Virus record (IMG/VR): IMGVR_UViG_3300030090_002223
Span: 1 to 27,439 of that record
DNA from: a virus
Taxonomy: Duplodnaviria; Caudoviricetes
Strand: one strand, 5' to 3'
Length of the DNA: 27,439 bases
Every line of letters starts with the position of its first letter. Within the stretch, counting starts at the first letter, position 1. Of this stretch, positions 1 to 8,345 are shown piece after piece. Made by a program: the position numbers and the translations under genes. A model generated the notes under the pieces. That model was not told where the DNA came from. It searched no databases and saw only the letters and a list, made by a program, of their open reading frames with translations.

Positions 1-444
1 TTTCTTATCATATAGGTTCCAAAATTCTTCAAATTGATCTATATATATATTCTTTATATTCTTAACATTCTTGTTTAGTGTTCGCTTGTTGTTCACTTGT
101 GGTTCAATTACTTGTTCACTTTGTTGGTACTCACCCCAGTTAAGTATTGATATTAAGCGACATCGGGGATTTGTTTGTTGTTCAATTTGTTGTTCGATTT
201 TGAAGGTTTTTAAAATTCGTTGTACTTTACTCTCATTTATTTTTAACTGTTTAGAAATAATCTTTCTACCAGTAATTAGTTGCCCCGGTTGGAGTGTTAT
301 TCTTTCGCCTTCATATATAGCATCATATTCTTTATGAGTTGCATTTAATAGTAAATACATCCAAACAGCTAAATGATCATTAGATTTCATCACTACAGGA
401 TTATCTAATATTTTACGATGTAGCTTAATGTACCCGTTGCTCAT
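1..444 (-). CDS. Phage replication initiator/replisome organizer, N-terminal part (continues at 27359..26952; ~283 aa in total; not in ORF track)
   Basis: Hand translation from ATG at 444: MSNGYIKLHRKILDNPVV...LAVWMYLLLNATHKE...LQPGQLITGRKIISKQLKINESKVQRILKTF, a typical wHTH initiator N-terminus; frame is open to base 1. Confidence 0.85.
   Translation of the reverse strand, partial: MSNGYIKLHRKILDNPVVMKSNDHLAVWMYLLLNATHKEYDAIYEGERITLQPGQLITGRKIISKQLKINESKVQRILKTFKIEQQIEQQTNPRCRLISILNWGEYQQSEQVIEPQVNNKRTLNKNVKNIKNIYIDQFEEFWNLYDKK
2..80. repeat. 79-bp terminal direct repeat, copy 1 (assembly circularisation overlap)
   Basis: Identical to 27361-27439 by direct comparison. Confidence 0.95.
41..195. 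promoter_or_regulatory. Putative replication origin: iterons plus AT-rich tract inside the initiator gene
   Basis: TTGTTGTTC-like units at 75-83, 86-94, 97-105, 109-117 (11-12 bp period) and 175-183, 187-195, next to ATATATATATTCTTTATATT (41-60); same layout as lambda ori within gene O. Confidence 0.65.
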
Positions 445-814
445 CTTCTAACATCAACTTTAATTCGTTATAAAAATCATCATTCAACATTCGTGATCGT
501 TTTACAATTATATTTCTTCTTTGTGTTAGTTCTCTAAATTTTTTAGAGCCTAATCTTTCACGAATAAAATCTAAATGATCTGCTGGATTACTACCCAGAA
601 AGCGATGGCATCCATAACATAGAGCCACCGCATTATCTGGATCAAAGCGTACTGAATATCTACCTCTCCCATAGTAATGTGAACAATGCAATCCCATTCG
701 CTTATTAGGCTCATCCGGGTTGTAATATTTCTTGCATCTCTGACAAGTCCACTTATCCCTTGTTCTTATATATTCAGAGAATATCTTATCGTATTTAGTA
801 CGCTTAATAGCCAT
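425..814 (-). CDS. ninG: NinG/Rap-like HNH recombination endonuclease
   Basis: FSEYIRTRD..TCQRC...HCSHYYGRG...RFDPDNAVALCYGCH pattern. Confidence 0.8.
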   Translation of the reverse strand: MAIKRTKYDKIFSEYIRTRDKWTCQRCKKYYNPDEPNKRMGLHCSHYYGRGRYSVRFDPDNAVALCYGCHRFLGSNPADHLDFIRERLGSKKFRELTQRRNIIVKRSRMLNDDFYNELKLMLEDEQRVH

Positions 815-1248
815 CAGAATGGTAGATCGGCATCGCCATTAATGACATAATCAACCCATACACCAATTTCATCCATCGTTTGTTTATTGAGTTCCTTACC
901 CATCTTAAACGCCTCTACTGCGAATCCATGCCTAACCTTCCCAGCGGCTATGGCATCCCAATCTGGCTTTTCTGATGTTGGTGTAGATACTGCACCATTT
1001 ACAGGCTCAACATTGTACATAGACTTCTCACCCATATCTACATGAGAGATTTTGACTTTTGCACCTTTACTATAATTAACCAATTTATCATTGGCTACTT
1101 TAGATGCAAAAAATGATTTCTCTACACCATTATGATTAACACCATAGAGATACCATTCACCATTTGCATTGGTTCCTGTTTTTGGTTGATCAAAAGATAA
1201 AGTAACTATCTCACTATTACCTTTTGGTATAACTAGCTTATCATTCAT
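814..1248 (-). CDS. Putative single-stranded DNA-binding protein
   Basis: Beta-rich N-terminus and acidic C-terminal GDADLPF tip; start moved to ATG 1248, preceded by AAGGAG. Confidence 0.5.
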   Translation of the reverse strand: MNDKLVIPKGNSEIVTLSFDQPKTGTNANGEWYLYGVNHNGVEKSFFASKVANDKLVNYSKGAKVKISHVDMGEKSMYNVEPVNGAVSTPTSEKPDWDAIAAGKVRHGFAVEAFKMGKELNKQTMDEIGVWVDYVINGDADLPF

Positions 1249-1373
1249 TATAATACGCTCCTTATTAGTTGAAAAATAACATTTAAACATAATGCCCAAA
1301 TCAATATCATTCCATATTTTTCAATATAGAAGAACATTGTTCCAAGCCACAACTCTACTTTGTCAATCATCAT
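1248..1373 (-). CDS. Small hydrophobic hypothetical protein (41 aa)
   Basis: MMIDKVELWLGTMFFYIEKYGMILIWALCLNVIFQLIRSVL; overlaps both neighbours, one TM-like stretch. Confidence 0.5.
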   Translation of the reverse strand: MMIDKVELWLGTMFFYIEKYGMILIWALCLNVIFQLIRSVL

Positions 1374-1656
1374 AGACTCCATTGTTAAAATCTTCAATAA
1401 AAACTTCTGTAATATCTTCCTCATTATATACATCCTCCACATAAATGATTTGAGGGAGACGTTCTTTGACTCTGCGGAGTTCATTGCGAATATCTGTGGC
1501 TAATGACAATGGAGAATCACCAGCACAACAGAGCATCCTAAAGGATACCTCTCCCTCATATTGTATTTCTGCATGATACCTCATATCGTGAGGTACATAA
1601 TTAGTCACAGATTCCGGGTTCGGTTGTTTCTGTGATGGCATATTGTTTTTTGACAT
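1363..1656 (-). CDS. Hypothetical protein
   Basis: 97-aa acidic ORF in operon context. Confidence 0.65.
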   Translation of the reverse strand: MSKNNMPSQKQPNPESVTNYVPHDMRYHAEIQYEGEVSFRMLCCAGDSPLSLATDIRNELRRVKERLPQIIYVEDVYNEEDITEVFIEDFNNGVYDD

Positions 1657-1789
1657 CTTTCAAATCCTTTAATAATTCTTTAGTATCTTCTTTCTTTTGT
1701 TCATTAGCACATATCTTTCCAAAGACATCAATAGCCTCAATTAAAAGATTGTACTCTTCTTTATTAACTGTTATGCGAATGTTGTCCAC
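1601..1789 (-). CDS. Hypothetical protein
   Basis: 62-aa helical ORF overlapping its neighbours. Confidence 0.55.
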   Translation of the reverse strand: MDNIRITVNKEEYNLLIEAIDVFGKICANEQKKEDTKELLKDLKDVKKQYAITETTEPGICD

Positions 1790-2192
1790 TCATATCCTCC
1801 ATACAAGTATTACAATAATATGTTTTATCACTTTCACAACCAACACAAACCTTTTTTTCAATTTCTATTTCATATCGTTTTGCTGTTGCATAAAATAAAT
1901 CTCTTTGATCTATTATATTCTGTATTGATTCTGAATTATTGCTTATACCTTTTTTTGAATCTCTTTCGATTAGTCTATTCATCTCATTATAAGTGTAGCC
2001 AATTAAATCCTCTATCTTGCTTGATAAAGCCTTTAATTCGCCCAGAATCTCCTCTTTACCTAAATCATCAAGGTTGAGTTCAGTATGTTGATAAAACGAT
2101 TGAATTTGAACGTATATGTTTTTGAGAGCCACAGTTTCCTGTGACTCCCAACTCATACCACTAATTAACATTCTAGTTTTTAGGTCTTGCAT
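1764..2192 (-). CDS. Hypothetical coiled-coil protein with C-terminal CxxC...CxxC
   Basis: CVGC/CNTC pairs; AGGAGG RBS and TAATG coupling. Confidence 0.7.
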   Translation of the reverse strand: MQDLKTRMLISGMSWESQETVALKNIYVQIQSFYQHTELNLDDLGKEEILGELKALSSKIEDLIGYTYNEMNRLIERDSKKGISNNSESIQNIIDQRDLFYATAKRYEIEIEKKVCVGCESDKTYYCNTCMEDMSGQHSHNS

Positions 2193-2521
2193 TACTTACC
2201 TCCTAATAAATCATTGACATTTACAAGTGAAGTTTGATAACCATTACCCAATATTGATTCAGCAATTACAGTATAGTTTTCTTTAGTAAAGCATTCATTG
2301 TTGGTGATTGATTTTATAAACTCATTTACACCACCACATTCATGTATATCATTACCATGCTGATAAGAAAAGAAATATCTATAACCCTTAAAAGAATCAA
2401 TCATCAAGTGGTTAGCTAGATTTCTTTTTATCTCTTTTTCTTGCCTATTAAGATAAATAGTATTTTTCTTTTTTGCTTTAGGCTTTATTCCTAAATCAAA
2501 TATTGATGATAATAAAGTCAT
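2192..2521 (-). CDS. Hypothetical protein
   Basis: 109-aa ORF with GGAGGG RBS. Confidence 0.7.
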   Translation of the reverse strand: MTLLSSIFDLGIKPKAKKKNTIYLNRQEKEIKRNLANHLMIDSFKGYRYFFSYQHGNDIHECGGVNEFIKSITNNECFTKENYTVIAESILGNGYQTSLVNVNDLLGGK

Positions 2522-2522
2522 C

Positions 2523-2735
2523 TTACCCCTCCTCTACTGATATTACTTTTAAATTTCCTTCATCTCGATGATCCATTAGATCACCACTAAAATCAAAAGC
2601 ATCGTATTCGCCTTTTCCCCAAGCCTTCGCCTTTCTTCTGGCATCCGTCTTTGAGGTTGCATCATCAATGTATATTTCTTTCTCTATGTATTGAGGTATT
2701 CTTACTTTAACTGTATAGTATTTCATCTTACTCAC
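2523..2735 (-). CDS. Hypothetical protein
   Basis: 70-aa ORF overlapping the upstream gene; true start may be the internal ATG. Confidence 0.65.
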   Translation of the reverse strand: MSKMKYYTVKVRIPQYIEKEIYIDDATSKTDARRKAKAWGKGEYDAFDFSGDLMDHRDEGNLKVISVEEG

Positions 2736-2913
2736 CTTCCTTCAAAAAATCTAAATCTTCTAATATTCCATCTAATGTAAATCCTAAAACAACTCCCATA
2801 GGTCTTTTAATGCCATCAGCTTTTTCTCTCTTTGTTATTTCATTTCTAACATCAGAAATAATATTCACCGCTTTTATAAGTTCTCTCTCCATTTTTTTGG
2901 TAACTATTTTCAT
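2728..2913 (-). CDS. First early gene, hypothetical (MKIVTKK..., 61 aa); a leaderless in-frame start at 3024 is also possible
   Basis: ATG at 2913 preceded by AAGGATGAG; the upstream in-frame extension coincides with a GC-rich RNA structure. Confidence 0.6.
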   Translation of the reverse strand: MKIVTKKMERELIKAVNIISDVRNEITKREKADGIKRPMGVVLGFTLDGILEDLDFLKEGE

Positions 2914-3025
2914 TTGATTCTCATCCTTTTGACACGAGGGAGCAAATTGGGATGAGACAATTTCGCCCGGAAGGGCTGATGCTCCCTCTGTTGTGTCTAA
3001 ATGTTTGTTATTTAATTGTCTCATC
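2913..3025 (-). ncRNA. Structured 5' leader of the early transcript (three-way junction with alternative pairings)
   Basis: GACAC..GAGGGAGCA/UGCUCCCUCGUGUC stem (2931-2997) enclosing GCCC-UUCC-GGGC and AAAUUG-UCUCAUCC-CAAUUU hairpins. Confidence 0.65.
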
Positions 3026-3031
3026 GTTGTA

Positions 3032-3059
3032 AGTATAAGTAATTATTTTTATATGTCAA
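3032..3059 (-). promoter_or_regulatory. Sigma70-type early promoter
   Basis: TTGACA (3059-3054), 16-bp spacer, TATACT (3037-3032); predicted start near 3025. Confidence 0.8.
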
Positions 3060-3061
3060 AG

Positions 3062-3091
3062 AAAAAAAGCCGATAAATAAATACCGGCTTT
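3062..3091 (-). terminator. Intrinsic terminator ending the late operon
   Basis: AAAGCCGGUA-loop-UAUCGGCUUU running into a U tract, just after the stop at 3103. Confidence 0.85.
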
Positions 3092-3102
3092 ATAGACAGG
3101 AA

Positions 3103-3855
3103 TTAAGAGAGTTGTTCTCTCAAAGTGAAGGATGCAGAAAAACGTTCAAATGCTACTTCAGCAAATTTAATTGGGGAATCCAATCTTACATAGTGAAATG
3201 GCCCAGTAGTACCATCCTCCGAATAGATGAATTTTTTATAATTTTGAACAGATTGCTCAAAGGTTTGTAAGTTTTCTTTAAAGGTTTGCGATATATTGCT
3301 AAAGGTAAATGAGAATGTAGATTTTGGATCATGTCTTTTCGTAGCGTATTCAACACCACCTATAGAAGTTTGAAGATCCGCACCAAATATTTCTTGCTCA
3401 CCAATCCCTATATCTGGCTGTATTTCAAAAGCTAATTTACTTCCTACTATTATTTCTGTAAGATTGTCAATATCTCCATTTAATGCGGCTAAATGCCAAT
3501 TTGTAGCAGATGCACTAGTAAATTCTCCAATAGTCCAACCAATTGGAAAAGTAGGTGTTAATGTTACCACGCTACTAAATGTATTTGTATTTGCTTCACG
3601 ATATAATGCAAGATTGTGAGTGTCACTTGCACTAAAATAAACCGCTATAAAATCCAAACTAACTGCTGAACTAAAAGTAATTTTAAGTGCATCATTTACA
3701 TTAAAATCAGATACTGCTGTAGTAATAGACTGATCAACTAACCTTTGTTCATTAGTCATACTTGCAGAATCGCTCCATGATGTACCAGAAAATGTGCCAT
3801 CATTAATTGTTGCCTCTAATAATCCAGCACTATCAAAATAAAATGCTTTAGCCAT
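3103..3855 (-). CDS. Tail-tip/distal tail-like structural protein
   Basis: Last gene of the tail module; beta-rich, ending FSASFTLREQL like distal-tail/baseplate proteins. Confidence 0.55.
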   Translation of the reverse strand: MAKAFYFDSAGLLEATINDGTFSGTSWSDSASMTNEQRLVDQSITTAVSDFNVNDALKITFSSAVSLDFIAVYFSASDTHNLALYREANTNTFSSVVTLTPTFPIGWTIGEFTSASATNWHLAALNGDIDNLTEIIVGSKLAFEIQPDIGIGEQEIFGADLQTSIGGVEYATKRHDPKSTFSFTFSNISQTFKENLQTFEQSVQNYKKFIYSEDGTTGPFHYVRLDSPIKFAEVAFERFSASFTLREQLS

Positions 3856-3894
3856 TTATATCCCTTTAATTTTTTTTAAAAATTCTATCATAAG

Positions 3895-6186
3895 TTATGA
3901 TATTTGCCTTGCTGTTACTGATATTTTTCCAACAGTCCTTCCAGTTTTAGTAATCATAAACTTTAAATCACTCCATCCATTTGATATTCCAAATGGTGCT
4001 GATGGATACATATTAGAATTATCAAAATTTATAATTGATCCAACTTCAAGATCATAATATTTAGCAGATACAATTGTAAAGCTTATTATTAATTTAGGAA
4101 CACCCAATAAATTGTGATAATAATTTATAAAAGAATCATTTGGGTTTGTTTGTTCTTGAACATCATTTTGCTCTACTAAATAATCCAAATTAAAATTTTT
4201 AATATTTTCTAATGTGTCAATATTATATTTAGAACGATCAGAAAGAACTTCAAATGTTTCTGTTGCTCTATAAGTATCATTTGCTGGATGCTTTTTATAA
4301 TTAACTATAAATTTTGTTAATAAGTCTGAAACTGAAGTATGGGAAAGAGTCACATTTGATATATCATCTTTATCTAATGTCGTTATTTCACTACTAGAAT
4401 AACTATCTTTTACATGAAGGTATTGTGGTTGGGTTGAGTCTCCTTGTTTAAACCTAAAGATAAAACATCCCTCAAATTGTATTTTTTCAAGTAGGTTTTT
4501 AAATGATTGCTCTTTTGTAAAATATAATCTTGCTCCCCAATCACTTCTATCTGTTTCAACAGCAGAAAATCCATCTATATTTGTTGCTGGGTTTGTTGCT
4601 ACATCTAACCCAGTAAATTTATTTAATAATGCTAAATGGATATTGTTAATTGAAGTAATTGTATTGCCAACTAATCCTGTTATTGAATGAGTGTCTCCAT
4701 CACTAGCAACATATAATGTTTTTGGAGGTTTTTTAAATGCCCTTGATGCTGTTATAGAAACATCAAACACACTAAAAGTACCTTCTAGTGCATTAGTACC
4801 ATCACCCACAAATAATACTGCAAAAACAATTCTTTTTGATCCACTTGGAAAAGGAATTTTTATAGTATTAGTAGAAACATTTGCTTGTAATTTTTCACTT
4901 ACAAAATTAGCATTTTCATTACCCACAACTATTTGAAAGTATGATTCTGAACTTCCACTTCCAGCTGAAACTACAGCCAATCTGTATTTCAAATTCAAAA
5001 TGTTAAAATTAATTGTAGTAAAAATCTCCTCATCATCAGCATGACCAATAGCAGTAGTATTAAATGCTCCTCTTGTGACTGTTAAGGTGTTTGTGCTAAT
5101 ATTAGTTACAAGCATTATTTCTTCTTTTAATTTTAAAACAGAACCAATAAAGAGATCACTAGCATCATCAATAACAAATGAAGTTGCTGAAGAATTAAAC
5201 CCACCAGAATCATTTACTAATATGCTGTCACCATCTGAATTTTGTAATTTTTGAAAAGATTGATCTTCTTCTGGTGTGTCAATGTTTAAAAAATATGATG
5301 CTTGTAAAACTTGAAAAGAATTAAAAGATGCTGTAAATCTTGCAGATGTTGAATCATCTTCATCAAATATATGTGTTAAATTAGAAACTGTAACACCAGA
5401 ATCAACTGTAATATCTGTTGATGAATTAGGAGAAACCTTAAAAATGTGTTGTGCTTTTGATTCCACTTTTGCATGATCAACACTTGTATCAGTAGATACT
5501 GTTGATCCTTGTGCATCTATAACTGGTATAAATACATCAAATTGTTCATTATATACTGCTAGTTCTGAATCTGAACCACTTTTACTTGTTGGGTATATAG
5601 CAAAGCCATCTAATAACTTATTATACTCAACTGGTCTATAAGCATATGAAGTTAAATCAGAAATAAATTTAGGTGATGAAACTGTTGAAGAAGAATTTTT
5701 TGTATAATCCCCATAAGCAATCGGAACTAATAGCTTTCTATCAGTTGTCTTTGTATTAGGAAGAGTAATTAAATTCCACGGCCTATGGCTGTTCATTTTA
5801 ATTGATATTTTATCACCACTAGTAGTAATAGATATAACTCTAAATGAACCAATTTTTACAGGTGTATCTTCGCTAATTTTTGCATGAATTGTACATTCTC
5901 GATTAATATATTCATTTGTACCACCAAACAACTCTTTACTAACAGGGTTGCCATCATAATTAAAATCCGGAATACTAATAGAAATAGCACTTGTTGATGC
6001 TGTACTTCTTGTTAATGATATTGTTTCCGATATAGTTGGTCTATTTAATATTACACCTCTATAATTGTTAGAACTATAAACTACATCTGCAAATGATAAA
6101 TATAAAAATCCACTATTATTATTGGATAATTTAAAAAGCCAATTTTCTTTTATGCTTGATAATTGTATTGATGATCCAAAAGCCAT
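3895..6186 (-). CDS. Tail tip/baseplate hub-like protein
   Basis: 763 aa directly after the tape measure; VPIAYGD motif and internal TLTVTRG...TTA..H domain seen in phage tail proteins. Confidence 0.65.
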   Translation of the reverse strand: MAFGSSIQLSSIKENWLFKLSNNNSGFLYLSFADVVYSSNNYRGVILNRPTISETISLTRSTASTSAISISIPDFNYDGNPVSKELFGGTNEYINRECTIHAKISEDTPVKIGSFRVISITTSGDKISIKMNSHRPWNLITLPNTKTTDRKLLVPIAYGDYTKNSSSTVSSPKFISDLTSYAYRPVEYNKLLDGFAIYPTSKSGSDSELAVYNEQFDVFIPVIDAQGSTVSTDTSVDHAKVESKAQHIFKVSPNSSTDITVDSGVTVSNLTHIFDEDDSTSARFTASFNSFQVLQASYFLNIDTPEEDQSFQKLQNSDGDSILVNDSGGFNSSATSFVIDDASDLFIGSVLKLKEEIMLVTNISTNTLTVTRGAFNTTAIGHADDEEIFTTINFNILNLKYRLAVVSAGSGSSESYFQIVVGNENANFVSEKLQANVSTNTIKIPFPSGSKRIVFAVLFVGDGTNALEGTFSVFDVSITASRAFKKPPKTLYVASDGDTHSITGLVGNTITSINNIHLALLNKFTGLDVATNPATNIDGFSAVETDRSDWGARLYFTKEQSFKNLLEKIQFEGCFIFRFKQGDSTQPQYLHVKDSYSSSEITTLDKDDISNVTLSHTSVSDLLTKFIVNYKKHPANDTYRATETFEVLSDRSKYNIDTLENIKNFNLDYLVEQNDVQEQTNPNDSFINYYHNLLGVPKLIISFTIVSAKYYDLEVGSIINFDNSNMYPSAPFGISNGWSDLKFMITKTGRTVGKISVTARQIS

Positions 6187-7661
6187 TATACTTCTAAAGT
6201 TGCCCTATCTTCATTTAAAGCTAATTGTATAGCTGGAATGATACTTTCTACTACTGTTTCATCAACTAATGGAGCAGATATATTAACAGTAATTCCCCCT
6301 TGAGGCCCATTGATATTTGGAGATGATAATGGTGTAACTTGTACTCTTTCTCTTCCTCCCGGATTATCGCCTACCATAATCATTTGTGGCCCAGAAGTAA
6401 CAAAGTCTCCACCAGTAGCAAATTGTGCTAGATTTCTATCTATCACCTCTGAAACAACAGCACCAGCACCAGCCGCCGCCACAATATTAAATGGAAATGG
6501 AACACTTTTCAAAATAGATGAAATATAACCAGCAACAGCCTCCATTGTTTCTGCTCTTACAATAGCTTTCATAGTATCTTTTGCTGATTTTTGAGATAAG
6601 GCGGCTAATCTTACATCTCTTTTCATATTATCTTGTTTTATCTTTCCTTTGCTTATTTCTAATTCTATTGCTTTTGTATTTACCTTTTCAATAGTTGCTC
6701 CAAAATCTATTTCTTCATCTTTTGCTCTTTTTATATCATCAATTAAAGGTGAAATTGTTTGTCTCAAAACAACTAATTGATGATTATATAATTCTTGTTG
6801 TTCAGCATCAAATAAATTTTTCGAAATACCAGCAATTTTTTCCATTTCAAGGAACAATTCCTCTAAACTCATTTTAGAAATTTCCTCTCTAAATTGTTCC
6901 ATTGCAATTTGTGATTCAGTTAGTACTGGGCCTATAAACTCTACATCACCAGCTTTTATTAAATTTGTTAATTCATCAACTGTTTTTGAGAAATCTGTTG
7001 CTAATGCTTTTACAAGTGGAGATAACTTTTCACCTATGGCTTCTGCAAGATCACCAGCAGAATTTTGAGCCTGTAATAAAGCACCGGACATCGTATCAGC
7101 TTGTTCGGCGGCTTGTCCTTCAAATAACTCACCAAGAACTTTTACAGCCTCACCAGCTTTCATTTGTTCAGTAGTTAAGTCTCTTAATTGAGGTACTAAT
7201 TCACCTAATTCACCAGCCAATCCAGAAAATGTTTTTGATGTGTTTCTTACTGCTGATTCTAACGAAATCCCTGTGGCGGCTGATAAATCAAGAGCAACAG
7301 GAATAATGGTTTTTATCTGATCCTCTGTGAATTTTAATGATGCTAAAAATGCTTGTTGTTCAATGATTGCCTCATCACCAGCAGTAGTTACTTGCTGTAA
7401 TGCAGATGCTTGATTTAATAATGCAGTTGATGTTTTACCTAATGCAACCTCTAATGCTTTTTCTGCTTGTTCTTGCCTACCGGATGCCTCAATTACTGTT
7501 GAAAATGCACTAATTAAACCCTTTGCTCCAAAATAGGCGGCTGATGCTACGCCAACAGCCTTTCCCATTTTAGATATAGCACTATTTAATCCAGATAATT
7601 CATCTTTACTTTTTTTAGCACCTCTAGTGCTTATGTCTATATTAACTTTTTGAGTTGCCAT
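6186..7661 (-). CDS. Tail tape measure protein
   Basis: Ala-rich helical body and C-terminal FATGG...VGDNPGGRERVQVTPL motif; follows the chaperone pair. Confidence 0.85.
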   Translation of the reverse strand: MATQKVNIDISTRGAKKSKDELSGLNSAISKMGKAVGVASAAYFGAKGLISAFSTVIEASGRQEQAEKALEVALGKTSTALLNQASALQQVTTAGDEAIIEQQAFLASLKFTEDQIKTIIPVALDLSAATGISLESAVRNTSKTFSGLAGELGELVPQLRDLTTEQMKAGEAVKVLGELFEGQAAEQADTMSGALLQAQNSAGDLAEAIGEKLSPLVKALATDFSKTVDELTNLIKAGDVEFIGPVLTESQIAMEQFREEISKMSLEELFLEMEKIAGISKNLFDAEQQELYNHQLVVLRQTISPLIDDIKRAKDEEIDFGATIEKVNTKAIELEISKGKIKQDNMKRDVRLAALSQKSAKDTMKAIVRAETMEAVAGYISSILKSVPFPFNIVAAAGAGAVVSEVIDRNLAQFATGGDFVTSGPQMIMVGDNPGGRERVQVTPLSSPNINGPQGGITVNISAPLVDETVVESIIPAIQLALNEDRATLEV

Positions 7662-8046
7662 TCTTCTCTGCTTTATGTTTTAAGGCTAATGCCATTTCAG
7701 TTTTAATAATATTAAACATTGATAATTTATGAGCATCTGTTTCATCTAAAGTTTTACCCAAAGGAATGTGGTATTCTGTAATATAATGATACTCATTTAT
7801 TAATGTATAATATTCATCATTAATGATATAACCATGATTAGCAAATAAGGGAACAAGATAATATAATTGCTGACCAATACTATATTTATGATCTGATTTT
7901 GCAATCTCATGTATTTCTTCCCAGATGTCATCTAATGTATTAAAATCCCTAACCTTTTTCGAGATAGGGGATTGAGCCGAATAAGGGAGCGTATATTGGT
8001 TGTGAAGTTGGGTATCGAATACCCAACACCATACAGTTAAACTCAA
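7642..8046 (-). CDS. Tail assembly chaperone T segment (expressed as a G-T frameshift fusion)
   Basis: In the -1 frame relative to 8043..8327, only a TTG start, located between chaperone G and tape measure. Confidence 0.7.
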   Translation of the reverse strand: MSLTVWCWVFDTQLHNQYTLPYSAQSPISKKVRDFNTLDDIWEEIHEIAKSDHKYSIGQQLYYLVPLFANHGYIINDEYYTLINEYHYITEYHIPLGKTLDETDAHKLSMFNIIKTEMALALKHKAEKNGNSKS

Positions 8047-8327
8047 TCCCCATCTACTTTTTTTGATTCATCAGATAGTTCAAGATAATCCATCATACAT
8101 TGAGTAAGTAACTTGAGTTGAGTGTCATAATCATATTTCTTCATATCGGAATCTGGATCAGAAAATGCTATTTCAGCTACGCTACCCAATAAAGAATTAA
8201 AATCCTTTTGCTTTACATTATCTATGCCATTACGATATACATCGTGAAATTCACCTTTCAATTCAAGTTTTTGTTTGTATTTAATATCTCGAACTAATAC
8301 CTCAAGATTATCAACTTTTACTTTCAT
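8043..8327 (-). CDS. Tail assembly chaperone (gpG-like)
   Basis: Position between major tail and tape measure genes; slippery A7 near the 3' end. Confidence 0.7.
   Translation of the reverse strand: MKVKVDNLEVLVRDIKYKQKLELKGEFHDVYRNGIDNVKQKDFNSLLGSVAEIAFSDPDSDMKKYDYDTQLKLLTQCMMDYLELSDESKKVDGD
8058..8064 (-). promoter_or_regulatory. Programmed -1 ribosomal frameshift site A_AAA_AAA
   Basis: TCA AAA AAA GTA in G frame; a -1 slip reads AGT AGA TGG GGA TTG AGT into the T ORF. Confidence 0.75.
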
Positions 8328-8345
8328 GCTACGCTCCCTATTTTA

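Noticed and set aside
2-80. Biological direct terminal repeat
   Set aside because: It falls mid-gene and its 79-bp length fits an assembler k-mer overlap; physical genome ends cannot be inferred
75-195. CRISPR-like or mini-array repeats
   Set aside because: Units are 9-12 bp with no spacers and lie inside the initiator gene; iterons fit better
2936-2988. Hammerhead ribozyme (three stems with GAAA after stem II)
   Set aside because: The junction reads UCA instead of the required CUGANGA core; the + strand CTGATG is followed by C and lacks the matching GAAA
3856-3894. Internal extended -10 promoter (TGATAGAAT) before the last tail gene
   Set aside because: No convincing -35, and such motifs arise easily in very AT-rich sequence
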